A stretch of 64,000 nucleotides of DNA. Source: an uncultured Bacilli bacterium (lineage in GTDB: Bacteria > Bacillota_I > Bacilli_A > RF39 > UBA660). A program made the position numbers and the translations under genes. Positions 21,429-31,406 of this stretch are shown here, piece after piece; the stretch's first letter is position 1; every line of letters starts with the position of its first letter. The notes under the pieces are model-generated. The model saw only the letters and a program-made list of their open reading frames with translations, made no database searches and was not told the DNA's origin. The DNA lies in assembly GCA_934096035.1 (NCBI GenBank), contig CAKOKX010000001.1, positions 694,989-758,988 on the forward strand. Direction: 5' to 3'.

Positions 21429-22124
21429 TTATCTTACTAAATTTCGTTTTAATTCTTCATTATGGAAAATTGAATGATCAACAGTTGCTGTTTTCATTGA
21501 TTTCATAATAGCTCTTTTTTGTGGTGCTAATTTAGCTAAATCTTGCAAAAGAAAGTTGTAAACTGATAAATAACTAATTACAGGAATTATAGTTATTAAA
21601 GAGTCAGCCATAATATCCCAAGTACATTCAGTTAATGATGATTCATACCATATTGGTTGTTTCTTATTTATCCTTTCATTTAAAGCTTCCATTACCTTTT
21701 CTAATATTTCGCATTCAGATGTTGATAAGAACGGACTTTTAGTATTTTCTAGTCTTTTTAATTCATATCTTAAAGCTTTAACAAAGAAAGTTTTTTCTCC
21801 ATCACTATGGCATAATAAATTTTCACTAAATAGTAAATTGCCATGTTGAAAAATCTCCTTTTTATAAACCATTGAAAAGTATAATCTTAAAAGTAAGTTT
21901 ATAGAAGCACTATCCGATATTAAATAATCATTAATATTGCTTCCTCTTTTTTCAATTGTAGCTTTCTCATATTCTAAAAACGCTTCTAAATTAAATGTTT
22001 TTTTAGAAAATCTTCTTTTTAATTCTTCGTAGGCATCTTTTTGTAATTCAATACTAAATTGATTAGAAAAAATAATAAAAGATAACTCAGACAAGCTAAT
22101 ATTTTGTATGTTTTTTGTTCTCAT
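21429..22124 (-). CDS. hypothetical protein (231 aa)
   Basis: A long ORF with no recognised motifs. It is probably co-transcribed with zupT. Confidence 0.45.
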   Translation of the reverse strand: MRTKNIQNISLSELSFIIFSNQFSIELQKDAYEELKRRFSKKTFNLEAFLEYEKATIEKRGSNINDYLISDSASINLLLRLYFSMVYKKEIFQHGNLLFSENLLCHSDGEKTFFVKALRYELKRLENTKSPFLSTSECEILEKVMEALNERINKKQPIWYESSLTECTWDIMADSLITIIPVISYLSVYNFLLQDLAKLAPQKRAIMKSMKTATVDHSIFHNEELKRNLVR

Positions 22125-22167
22125 ATATATCTCCTTATCTAGATAGTATCATATAGTATGTTAAAAA

Positions 22168-22776
22168 TCAAATTAAACTGATAAAATATCTAAACAATTT
22201 GTCTTGATCTATATCATCCATATCTTCTGGATGCCATTGAACCCCGAATATAAATTTATAGTCATTTAAACTTATTGCTTCAATAATACCATCATCACTT
22301 CTTGCTTCTACTTTAAAGAAATTTTCGTTTATAATCGTATCATGATGTCTACTATTAACAGATATTTTATTTTTGCCGATTATATCTTTTAAAATTCCTT
22401 CATTTATATTAATTTCATGAACATATTTTTTATTAGGCACATAATGATTAATATCGCTATCTACTTTAATTGTATGATCCATAAATGTATTTATATTAGC
22501 AATTGCTTGCATACCAGCACATATTCCTAGCAAAGGTTTATTATGTTTCATCGCATATTTTAATACTTTAACATCAACACCATTCCAAGTATTTCCCCCA
22601 GGTATAATAAAACCATCACACAAGTCTAAATAAAAACTAACATCACTAACACAAGGTATAATTATAACAGTAACGTCAAGCTTTTCTATTTTTTCTATTA
22701 AAGAATGAGGTATTTTTTCTATTTCAAGATTAATATCATTATTTAAAATTCTGGTTGTAATACCGATTTTTTTCAC
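22168..22776 (-). CDS. class-I glutamine amidotransferase / gamma-glutamyl hydrolase (PuuD / peptidase C26-like)
   Basis: A GICAGMQ nucleophile-elbow motif (Cys) and a conserved His in the HPE region. Confidence 0.65.
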   Translation of the reverse strand: MKKIGITTRILNNDINLEIEKIPHSLIEKIEKLDVTVIIIPCVSDVSFYLDLCDGFIIPGGNTWNGVDVKVLKYAMKHNKPLLGICAGMQAIANINTFMDHTIKVDSDINHYVPNKKYVHEININEGILKDIIGKNKISVNSRHHDTIINENFFKVEARSDDGIIEAISLNDYKFIFGVQWHPEDMDDIDQDKLFRYFISLI

Positions 22777-22859
22777 TTAAATCACTTCCTTAATTTACCA
22801 TAAAATATATGATTAAAAAATAATATTTGTTACATAATAATAGTGGGAGGTATATATAC

Positions 22860-22976
22860 ATGAGCAAGAATAAAGAAAATGCTAGAAACAAAGCTAAAAA
22901 AACAGCTAGAAGTTCTAGTAAAGCTAGTGCAAGATCAAATGCACGTAATGAAGCTCGTAATGAAAACTGCAGATAG
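22860..22976 (+). CDS. small, highly basic protein (38 aa), not in the ORF track
   Basis: A GGGAGG ribosome-binding site 9 nt upstream. The protein is MSKNKENARNKAKKTARSSSKASARSNARNEARNENCR, with repetitive ARN units. Confidence 0.35.
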   Translation: MSKNKENARNKAKKTARSSSKASARSNARNEARNENCR

Positions 22977-22979
22977 TTT

Positions 22980-23876
22980 TTAGATATGCGCATGAGGATG
23001 ATTACTATAATCTTCCTCTATTTTTTTATTTTGTAAATGAGAATATATTTCCGTTGTTTCTAAATTTTCATGACCTAAAAGTTCTTGAATAACCCTTAAA
23101 TCTGCTCCATTATTAAGAAGATTCGTAGCAAATGAATGTCTTAATGTATGAGGACTTATTTCCTTTTTTATACCAGCTTTATTAGCTAAATCTTTTAATA
23201 TCTTAAAGAACCCTTGCCTACTTATTTTTGTTCCATTCTTGTTTAAAAAAACATAATCACAAGTAATATTTTTTACTAAGAATGCCCTATAATTATTTAC
23301 ATATAGCTTTAAAGCTTCTAAAGCAGTATTACCTATAGGAATAATTCTATCTTTTTTTCCCTTGCCTGTAACTCTAATTATACATTCTTCAAAGTTTATT
23401 TGTTTTAACTCTAATGAAGTAATTTCACTAATTCTAGCTCCAGTTGCATAAATTATTTCTAGCATTGCTTTATTTCTATAATCAATTGGTTTAGTAAGTC
23501 TAATATTAAATAATTTATCTATTTCTTCACTTGTTAAATAATTTGGCAACTTTTTTTCTAACTTCGGAGCTTTTATTCCGTCACAGGGATTATTTTCTAT
23601 TTTATCCATAAATACCAAATACTTATAAAAGGAATTAAATACTGTTAAATAATGAGCTTTTGTTCTTGGGGTAGAATCTATATCATCTAAAAACTTTTTT
23701 ATATCATTTTTCTTTAGTTTAATTAAATTTTTATTTACACTATTACTTAAAAGAAGTAAGTTTTCTCCATAAGAATCAATCGTATTTAAAGATACTCTTC
23801 TTTCATACTTTAAATATTCTAAATAATCTATTATATCTGGATCTTTAATACTATCAATAATATTTCTCATAAACAA
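22980..23876 (-). CDS. tyrosine site-specific recombinase of the XerC/XerD type
   Basis: An N-terminal SAM-like domain; a catalytic RHxxR...LGHxxxxTTEIY motif ending in Tyr. Confidence 0.8.
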   Translation of the reverse strand: MFMRNIIDSIKDPDIIDYLEYLKYERRVSLNTIDSYGENLLLLSNSVNKNLIKLKKNDIKKFLDDIDSTPRTKAHYLTVFNSFYKYLVFMDKIENNPCDGIKAPKLEKKLPNYLTSEEIDKLFNIRLTKPIDYRNKAMLEIIYATGARISEITSLELKQINFEECIIRVTGKGKKDRIIPIGNTALEALKLYVNNYRAFLVKNITCDYVFLNKNGTKISRQGFFKILKDLANKAGIKKEISPHTLRHSFATNLLNNGADLRVIQELLGHENLETTEIYSHLQNKKIEEDYSNHPHAHI

Positions 23877-23940
23877 CCACCTAACTATAATTATTGTACC
23901 AAATTTTCTTAAAATGTGCTATAATTAAACATGTGATATT

Positions 23941-25137
23941 ATGGAAATTTTAGCAGATAAATTAAGACCTAAAAAAATAGATGACATTATTGGCCAAGAC
24001 CATCTTATCGGTAAAGGCAAAATTCTTTCCAATCTTGTAAAAAACAAGAAACTTTTTTCAATGATTTTCTATGGAAAGCCAGGTATTGGAAAGACAAGTA
24101 TAGCCAATGCTTTAGTTAATGAACTTAATATTCATTATAAGTTTTTAAATGCCACAGTTAACAATAAAAGTGATTTCGATAGTGCTATCGCAGAGGCTAA
24201 AATGTATGGAGATATGGTTTTAATAATTGATGAAATCCATAGAATGAATAAAGATAAACAAGATTTATTATTACCATATATTGAAAATGGTACGATAATC
24301 CTTATTGGGCTTACTACATCTAACCCATATCACAAAATTAATCCTGCTATACGAAGTAGATGTCAAATATTTGAATTACATGAATTAACTAAAGATGATA
24401 TAGTAAGAGGCTTAAAAAAAGCTTTAGAAGATTTTAAAGATATTACAATAGATGATGAATCTCTAGATTATATTGCTACCCTTTCTAGCGGCGACATGCG
24501 TTTTGCTTTAAATCTACTTGAAGTTGCATATTATTCTAGTGATAATAATATTAATATTGAAGAAATAAAAAAAATAAATAGTAAACCTGTATTTTTCCAT
24601 GATAAAGATGGTGATGGACATTATGATGTATTAAGTGCCCTTCAAAAATCAATTCGTGGAAGTGATGTTGATGCATCCCTACACTATTTAGCTAGGTTAA
24701 TTGAAGCAGAAGATTTAGATAGTATCTATCGAAGATTAAGTGTTATTGCTTACGAAGATATTGGTATGGCTAACCCTGGAATTGGTCCAAGAGTAATGGC
24801 GGCAATTCATGCATCAGAACTAGTGGGATTACCTGAGGCAAGAATACCTTTAGGCCAGATAGTCGTAGAAATGGCATTGTCCCCCAAAAGTAATAGTTCG
24901 CATTTAGCATTAGATGCGGCTATAAATGATATAAGAAGAGGAAATACAGGTAATGTTCCGGATAATATTAAAACCACTAGCCCCGATTATTTATATCCAC
25001 ATAATTATCCAAATGACTGGGTAAAACAAAATTATATGCCTAAGAATTTAATTGGCAAGAAATATTATATTCCAAAAGATAATAAAGTAGAAAAAAGTTT
25101 AAATAAATTACATGAAGAAATGAGGAGTGAAAAATGA
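23941..25137 (+). CDS. rarA: replication-associated recombination protein A (RarA/MgsA AAA+ ATPase)
   Basis: Walker A motif GKPGIGKTS; Walker B motif LIIDEIHR; a MgsA C-terminal helical domain. Confidence 0.85.
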   Translation: MEILADKLRPKKIDDIIGQDHLIGKGKILSNLVKNKKLFSMIFYGKPGIGKTSIANALVNELNIHYKFLNATVNNKSDFDSAIAEAKMYGDMVLIIDEIHRMNKDKQDLLLPYIENGTIILIGLTTSNPYHKINPAIRSRCQIFELHELTKDDIVRGLKKALEDFKDITIDDESLDYIATLSSGDMRFALNLLEVAYYSSDNNINIEEIKKINSKPVFFHDKDGDGHYDVLSALQKSIRGSDVDASLHYLARLIEAEDLDSIYRRLSVIAYEDIGMANPGIGPRVMAAIHASELVGLPEARIPLGQIVVEMALSPKSNSSHLALDAAINDIRRGNTGNVPDNIKTTSPDYLYPHNYPNDWVKQNYMPKNLIGKKYYIPKDNKVEKSLNKLHEEMRSEK

Positions 25138-26111
25138 AAATAAGTGTTATAGGCCTTGGAATTTACAGCCTTGCGATAAGCAAAATGTTAGCTAAAAAAA
25201 GTGAAAACGAAATAATTATATGGACAGAAAATGAAGAAACATATGAAGAATATAAAAAAACTAAAAAAATAAAGTCTGTTTTTGATACAAGTATCCCTAA
25301 AAATATAAAAGTAAGTGCTAGTATGGAAGAAGTATTAAGTAATACCGACTTAATATATATAATAACAGCTAGTAAATATGTAGATATAGTTACAACTAAA
25401 ATGAAAGAATACTATCACAGTGATACCCCAATATGTATTGCATCAAAAGGAATTGAAGAGTCAAAGGAAGAATTATTATCAAATATTGTAAGTAAAACTT
25501 TAAAAACTAATAATATTGCAGTTATTTCCGGTCCAACATTCGCAGTCGATATATTAAATAATGAACCAGTTGCTTTAGCTTTGGCATCTAAAACAAAAAA
25601 AGCTAAAGAATATGTATTAAATACTTTAGCTAATGATACTTTAAAATTAAGACCATCAAAAGACATAATTGGTATCCAAATGTGTGGATCTATAAAAAAT
25701 GTTATAGCTATAGCATCAGGAATATTAAGTGGTCTAGGATATAGTAATTCTACGCAAAGTTTTTTAATTAATGAATCTCTACATGATATAAAAGATATCA
25801 TAAAAATATTCGGAGGAAAACCTAAGACTATTTTATCTTTTGCAGGTGTTGGTGATTTAATGCTAACATGTACAAGTACCAAAAGTAGAAACTTTAGCTT
25901 TGGATATATCGTAGGCAAAACAAAAAATCAAAAAGAAATAAATGAGTATTTAGCTAATAATACAGTTGAAGGATATAACACATTAGAAATAATATATAAA
26001 ATGCTAAATAAAAAAGGTATTGAAATCAAATTAATTACCACAATATATAATATTGTATATAATGGTGAAGACCCCAATACTTTAGCAACATTCTTAATAA
26101 CAAAAAAGTAA
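25134..26111 (+). CDS. gpsA: NAD(P)H-dependent glycerol-3-phosphate dehydrogenase
   Basis: An N-terminal Rossmann fold and a conserved GSIKNVIAIASG segment. Confidence 0.8.
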   Translation: MKISVIGLGIYSLAISKMLAKKSENEIIIWTENEETYEEYKKTKKIKSVFDTSIPKNIKVSASMEEVLSNTDLIYIITASKYVDIVTTKMKEYYHSDTPICIASKGIEESKEELLSNIVSKTLKTNNIAVISGPTFAVDILNNEPVALALASKTKKAKEYVLNTLANDTLKLRPSKDIIGIQMCGSIKNVIAIASGILSGLGYSNSTQSFLINESLHDIKDIIKIFGGKPKTILSFAGVGDLMLTCTSTKSRNFSFGYIVGKTKNQKEINEYLANNTVEGYNTLEIIYKMLNKKGIEIKLITTIYNIVYNGEDPNTLATFLITKK

Positions 26112-26780
26112 TCAGTCATTGATTACTTTTTCTATTATGTAATAAGCAAGCATTAAACCTGCTGTTGAAGGAACAAATATACTAGATGCAATAACACGAT
26201 CTTTATTGATAGGTTCCTCTTTAGAACAAACAACAGGAACATTTAATTTTAATCCCCTTTTTCTTGCTTCGTATCTCATTTTTTTAGCTAAAGGATCATT
26301 GCTTGTTTTATCTAGTCGTGTAATTATAACATTACTTGGATTAAGTCTCTTACCTGTTCCCATAGAACTAATTAATTTAATATTATTTCTACTTGCATAT
26401 TCCATCAAAGCTAATTTAGCATTAATATCATCACAAGCATCAATAACATAATCAAAATTACCTAATTCGTTAATATTCTCTTCATCTAAATTAATTTTTA
26501 AACCTTTAATATTTACATCAGGATTAATACTTTTACATCTATCTATTCCTACATCAACTTTATATAAGCCAATAGAATCTCTAGTAGAAAGAATTTGTCT
26601 ATTTAAATTACTTTCACTAAATACATCTTTATCAATTATTGTAATATTTTTTACTCCACTTCTAACTAGTGCTTCTAAAGCGGTTCCACCTACTCCTCCA
26701 ATACCTACAATTAAAACATTTATCTTACTTATTTTTTCTATATTTTCTTTACCAATAAGTAATTCCAATCTATCAAACAT
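26112..26780 (-). CDS. tcdA: tRNA threonylcarbamoyladenosine dehydratase (ThiF/MoeB-family E1-like)
   Basis: VLIVGIGGVGG Rossmann motif. I prefer the start at 26780 (MFDRLELL..., with GGAGG 5 nt upstream) to the longest-ORF start at 26813. Confidence 0.7.
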   Translation of the reverse strand: MFDRLELLIGKENIEKISKINVLIVGIGGVGGTALEALVRSGVKNITIIDKDVFSESNLNRQILSTRDSIGLYKVDVGIDRCKSINPDVNIKGLKINLDEENINELGNFDYVIDACDDINAKLALMEYASRNNIKLISSMGTGKRLNPSNVIITRLDKTSNDPLAKKMRYEARKRGLKLNVPVVCSKEEPINKDRVIASSIFVPSTAGLMLAYYIIEKVIND

Positions 26781-27013
26781 AATTTCCTCCAAAAGAAAAC
26801 CCAAAGGCGCCATGCATTGATAAAAACCCGCTCTCGCGAGGTGGGCATCACATGAATTACTTTAGGATCCTTACTCACTTAATGGTTAAGTCTTCTACAC
26901 CATAATTCAATTAGATTCCCTTATTATCTATCTAGTCGGTTTTATATTGACATAGACATTTACCCTTTAGGTATCTTAATTATATCAAAATAATTTTTTT
27001 AAAACAAGTCATA

Positions 27014-27811
27014 CTAATTATTTTTTAAATTATTTAGTATAGTTGTGTCAACATCTTCAATATCATTGAAATTTTCCATTGCTAATTTAACATTATAAAC
27101 CCAGGTAGGTTTAGCTATTTTTACTCCAGATTCATTAAACATTGGATTATATATTCTTCCTATATCTTCCACTGTTGTAAGACCCTTTCCAAAATAACCT
27201 TCACTTAATAGTTTTATATATTGAAGTGTACCATATTCAATATTTTTATAACCTATTAAGTTACCATTATACATACCACCAAATATATTGTTTTTATTTA
27301 ACATATATTTAGATACATAACCAGATTCAACATTTGCAATACCAGCAGCAATAGTAAATTCTACATTATCATAAATATTACTAAAATATTTAACTAATCT
27401 TACAATGTAATTTTTATCTTTATTACCATTTGTTCTTACATTATTAAATGATGTTTTCTCACTAGTTTCTAACTCAAATAAATAATTAATTACAATTTTA
27501 TCAAAATCATCAATATTTTCAACAAAACCTAATTCCTTATAGTTTTCTTTTAATTTATTAGTTAAAACATCTTCATCGATTTGGAAAGTTTCTGCTAAAA
27601 ACTTAATAGAATCTTTCTTTTCTTTTAATGTCATGCTAACTTGATCTTCATAAGATAATTTATTTAAGCTCTCCAGGGGAACACCATTTTCTACATCGTT
27701 TTCTACTTCAAGATGTATTGTGCCACTTGGTTGTAATAATATTATTACTCCAACTAACACCCCAATAATAATAAATATTTTATTCTTATTGGTTTTTATA
27801 TAATTTATCAT
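27014..27811 (-). CDS. membrane-anchored protein with a glucosaminidase (peptidoglycan hydrolase, FlgJ/LytD-type) domain
   Basis: An N-terminal transmembrane helix, then YIVRLVKYFSNIYDNVEFTIAAGIANVESGY...NNIFGG, which matches the N-acetylglucosaminidase domain. Its own TTGCAT-17-TATAAT promoter lies at 27846..27874 on the minus strand. Confidence 0.55.
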   Translation of the reverse strand: MINYIKTNKNKIFIIIGVLVGVIILLQPSGTIHLEVENDVENGVPLESLNKLSYEDQVSMTLKEKKDSIKFLAETFQIDEDVLTNKLKENYKELGFVENIDDFDKIVINYLFELETSEKTSFNNVRTNGNKDKNYIVRLVKYFSNIYDNVEFTIAAGIANVESGYVSKYMLNKNNIFGGMYNGNLIGYKNIEYGTLQYIKLLSEGYFGKGLTTVEDIGRIYNPMFNESGVKIAKPTWVYNVKLAMENFNDIEDVDTTILNNLKNN

Positions 27812-27901
27812 AATTTTAAATACTCTCCTTTAACAGTACATACTAATTATAACATATTTTCCTTAAAAATGCAAATTTCACTGTCGAAAAGCCATAGTTA
27901 T

Positions 27902-27935
27902 AAACAAATAAGAAGTATTATTTTAAATACTTCTT
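27902..27935 (-). terminator. rho-independent terminator of the HerA-like gene
   Basis: On the minus strand: AAGAAGTAT-loop-ATACTTCTT followed by ATTTGTTT. Confidence 0.5.
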
Positions 27936-27946
27936 ACTATATTATA

Positions 27947-29728
27947 TTAAATAAATTCTTCAACATTTCCTTCTGGCATTTCCATCTTCCAACAATTAGA
28001 TACATCACAATTACTACTATAAGGCATTGGATTAGGCATTTGCATCTTAACAATCATAGGTATTTTAAATGCTCCTCCAAAACATACACAAGTACCAGGT
28101 TGTAATACTTTTTGTTTATCAAGTATATCTTGACTAATATTTGGAAGCATTTCGCCAATATATTTAATATCCAAAGGATGTGTCATTTTAAATATTAAAA
28201 AGTTATTACATTGTGCTATAACAGTATCACTTATTTCAACAGGTCTTTGACTAATAATATCAAGTATAACCCCATATTTTCTACCTTCTTTAGCTATTCT
28301 ATCAAATATATTATATCCAAGTAAGAATGTATCGTTATCTTTTTGAATATATCTATGGGCTTCTTCTAAGAATAAATGAAATGGCATTGAGGCTCTCTTA
28401 GCACTACCTTTAGCAAAGTCAAATATAATTCTTGAAAAAATCTTAACAAATACCTTAGCATATATATCATCTACATCTTCTAAGTTAATATTTATAATTT
28501 GAGCTTTCTTTCCATCATTATCAATTAATGATTTAATATAATCTTCCACAGGCATAAATTCATTTGAAAAATACTCCCCTAGTTTACTATTAATGATTGT
28601 ATTAAGTCTAACTCTTAAAATAACTGCATCATCATGTAGATTTTGATTATGTAAAAAGCCTTCACTAATTAAAGTAAATTCCATTGCTTTAGCAAAATCT
28701 TTCAATGAATAACTAGCATTATCTGGAGCCTTAATACTATCTAAATTATCATTTATCTTACTTAATATATAATTAGTAATTAAAACTGATTCACCAAAAT
28801 TACCATTTGAATCAATTTCAAAACATTCACTAAAAGTTCTAGTATAACCCAGTCCAGGGATAACTGTATCAAAATTAAACTCTTTAGTATTACATACTTC
28901 TATAATAGTAAATATTTCATTTTTTTTACTTGATATAGTTTCATTACTAAATAATACTGCCAGTAAGGCTTTAGCAATTAAATGATTCTTATAATCATTT
29001 GCTTCATCAGTATTCGTAGAAAATATTTTTGCCAGCTTAATAGTATTTTCTATAATTGGTAATTGTGCATGATTACTTGCTTGAAGTAATAATGCCATAT
29101 CATCCAAAGTTAATAAACTAACTGGTATTTTAAGTAATTTATCACTTTCTTCATGAGGATTACTTGTAATAAATTTATATGAATAGTTACTATTTATTTC
29201 ATTTAGTTTACCAAAGGCATTTTTATATTCTCCAAATGCATCAAATATAAAGATATTAGCATTATATTGTACTTGATATATTGATGAAAATAAATTTTGG
29301 ACAATTCTAGCAACTCCACAGGATTTCCCAGATCCACTATTACCAAATATAGCTAAATGATTAGAAAATAAGCTATTAATACTTGGATGTATATTAAATC
29401 CTTTATATATAGCACTTTCCCCAAGAATAAAACTACTTGCATTATATGTTCCAACTAATTCTGTTAATTCATCTTTAGTAATCATTCTAATTTTAGATGA
29501 CAACAATGGTTTTCTTAAAACCCCGTTTATATACTTTCCATTTATATATTCTCCAAGAAATCTTATTTTTATAATATCACTATTTAATTCTTGAACTTCA
29601 CCAAGTATTCTTTGATTATTATCTTCAAATACAACATTTACATTCATTAAATCTGCTGTATTAGCATCTTTAATTAAATTTTCAACGTGAGCTTCAGACT
29701 CTCCAATATATATAATTTTCCCAAACAT
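27947..29728 (-). CDS. HerA-like (DUF87) P-loop ATPase
   Basis: An N-terminal barrel-like domain (MFGKIIYIGESEAHV...); Walker A motif GNSGSGKS; Walker B motif FLEEAHRY; EGRKYGVILDIISQRP, which is typical of HerA/FtsK-clade ATPases. Confidence 0.6.
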   Translation of the reverse strand: MFGKIIYIGESEAHVENLIKDANTADLMNVNVVFEDNNQRILGEVQELNSDIIKIRFLGEYINGKYINGVLRKPLLSSKIRMITKDELTELVGTYNASSFILGESAIYKGFNIHPSINSLFSNHLAIFGNSGSGKSCGVARIVQNLFSSIYQVQYNANIFIFDAFGEYKNAFGKLNEINSNYSYKFITSNPHEESDKLLKIPVSLLTLDDMALLLQASNHAQLPIIENTIKLAKIFSTNTDEANDYKNHLIAKALLAVLFSNETISSKKNEIFTIIEVCNTKEFNFDTVIPGLGYTRTFSECFEIDSNGNFGESVLITNYILSKINDNLDSIKAPDNASYSLKDFAKAMEFTLISEGFLHNQNLHDDAVILRVRLNTIINSKLGEYFSNEFMPVEDYIKSLIDNDGKKAQIININLEDVDDIYAKVFVKIFSRIIFDFAKGSAKRASMPFHLFLEEAHRYIQKDNDTFLLGYNIFDRIAKEGRKYGVILDIISQRPVEISDTVIAQCNNFLIFKMTHPLDIKYIGEMLPNISQDILDKQKVLQPGTCVCFGGAFKIPMIVKMQMPNPMPYSSNCDVSNCWKMEMPEGNVEEFI

Positions 29729-29951
29729 ATATCACACATCCCTTTAGTATATTAAAATTATATCACGATAAAGAAAAAAGTAAAAGATTTTTTATCATTT
29801 ACATAATAATACAGTAACAATAAACAATTTTTAAATATAAATTTAATTGTTTCAATATAAACATTTTATTTATTATAGTAATTACTTCTCCTATACACTA
29901 TCACTATTCTTTAATTCACAATTAATATTCAAATTGAAAAAACATATAGAA

Positions 29952-29986
29952 TCAAAATAAGACAAGCAATTAATCTAGCTTGTCTT
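29952..29986 (-). terminator. terminator of the gatCAB array; it overlaps the last codons of gatB
   Basis: On the minus strand: AAGACAAGC-loop-GCTTGTCTT followed by ATTTTG. Confidence 0.45.
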
Positions 29987-31406
29987 TTAGTATTTTTTTA
30001 GTTAAGTTTGGATTTGCTTTACCTCTAGTTTCTTTCATTACTTGACCCACAAAGTAATCAAAAAGATTGGTTTTTCCATTTTTATATGCTTCAACTTGAC
30101 TTGTATTATTATTTAATATATTATCTATAATAATTTCAAGTTCATTACTATCAGATAATTGAGCATTATCTTTACTAATAAAGTTTTTAGGTTCTTTTTG
30201 TTCTTCTAAAGACTTATTAAATATTTCTTTAGCTTGTTTAGAAGAAATATTTCCATTTTCTAACTCAGTAATAATTTGATTTAATAAATTAGGTTTTAAG
30301 TAAAATTCATTTAAACTAACAGCTTCTTTATTTAAGTATGCAATTATATTTACAATTAAATAATTAGCAGCAATTTTTTTATCCATTCCTAAACTTACAC
30401 ATTCTTCAAAATAATCAGCATATTCCTTAGTTTTAATAATTATATTAGCGTCATATTCACTTAATCCATACTCATTTATATATTTAATCTTTCTTTCATT
30501 AGGAAGAACTGGAATACATTTTTTTATTTCTTCAACCCAGTTTTGATCTATTTTATATTTAGGAATATTAGGTTCCACAAAATATTTATAATCTATTGCA
30601 TCAGCCTTAGTACGCATTCTTTTCGTAGTACCACTTTCTTCATCCCATCTTCTAGTTTCTTGTACTACTTCATCATATCTTCCCTTATCTTTTAATTTAC
30701 TTTGTCTTTCTATTTCATATTTAATAGTTTCATAAACATTACCAAATGAGTTAACATTTTTAACTTCAACTTTTGTACCTAACTCCTTAGAATCTACATC
30801 CATTATAGATACATTAACATCGCATCTTATTTGACCTTTTTTAGTATCAGCATCAGATATATCGGCATATTGATATATTCTTCTCATCTCTTCCAAGAAG
30901 GCAACTGCTTCTTCAGGTGATTCAATACAAGGTTCAGTAACAAGTTCAAGTAATGGAACACCTGCTCTATTATAGTTAATCAATGATACATCTGTAAAAT
31001 GGTCCATTGAAGCAGAATCTTCTTCTAAATGAATATCATGAATAAGGATTTCTTTTGTTGTTCCATTACAATCAATTTTTATCGAACCATTTACCCCAAC
31101 TGGATCATGCATTTGGGTAATTTGATATCCTTTAGGTAAATCTGGATAATAATAATTCTTTCGATCAAAGTACATATATTCTGGTAACTTACAATTAAGT
31201 ATTAAAGCAGCCATAATTGCTTTTCTAATAGCTTCTTTATTTACCATAGGAAGAGTTCCTGGAAATCCCATATCTACAGGTCTAACATTTATATTAGGTA
31301 TTTCACTAAAATCATTTTTTGCACTTGAAAATACTTTCGTATTACAATTCATTTCACAATGCATTTCAAGACCAATTACTGCTTTATATTTATTCATTAT
31401 TATCAC
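29970..31406 (-). CDS. gatB: Asp-tRNA(Asn)/Glu-tRNA(Gln) amidotransferase subunit B
   Basis: A conserved GatB N-terminus (KAVIGLEMH...), a YqeY-like C-terminal domain; 478 aa. Confidence 0.9.
   Translation of the reverse strand: MIIMNKYKAVIGLEMHCEMNCNTKVFSSAKNDFSEIPNINVRPVDMGFPGTLPMVNKEAIRKAIMAALILNCKLPEYMYFDRKNYYYPDLPKGYQITQMHDPVGVNGSIKIDCNGTTKEILIHDIHLEEDSASMDHFTDVSLINYNRAGVPLLELVTEPCIESPEEAVAFLEEMRRIYQYADISDADTKKGQIRCDVNVSIMDVDSKELGTKVEVKNVNSFGNVYETIKYEIERQSKLKDKGRYDEVVQETRRWDEESGTTKRMRTKADAIDYKYFVEPNIPKYKIDQNWVEEIKKCIPVLPNERKIKYINEYGLSEYDANIIIKTKEYADYFEECVSLGMDKKIAANYLIVNIIAYLNKEAVSLNEFYLKPNLLNQIITELENGNISSKQAKEIFNKSLEEQKEPKNFISKDNAQLSDSNELEIIIDNILNNNTSQVEAYKNGKTNLFDYFVGQVMKETRGKANPNLTKKILKDKLD

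Noticed and set aside
22790-22993. 67-aa minus-strand ORF from the track
   Set aside because: A better-supported 38-aa plus-strand ORF with a GGGAGG ribosome-binding site occupies this region. The minus ORF is a hydrophobic antisense artefact.
25415-25918. 167-aa minus-strand ORF inside gpsA
   Set aside because: It is antisense to gpsA, with no ribosome-binding site.
26781-26813. Longest-ORF start of tcdA at 26813
   Set aside because: The internal Met at 26780 has a canonical GGAGG ribosome-binding site at 5-nt spacing. The upstream extension overlaps the hairpin and U-run.
26814-27013. Possible housekeeping ncRNA (SRP RNA, tmRNA, RNase P or 6S) in the tcdA upstream gap
   Set aside because: None of the diagnostic motifs is present (SRP domain IV GGAA/AGCAG, the tmRNA tRNA-like CCA end, the RNase P GNAANNUC/ACAGNRA). 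I kept it only as a leader or attenuator candidate.
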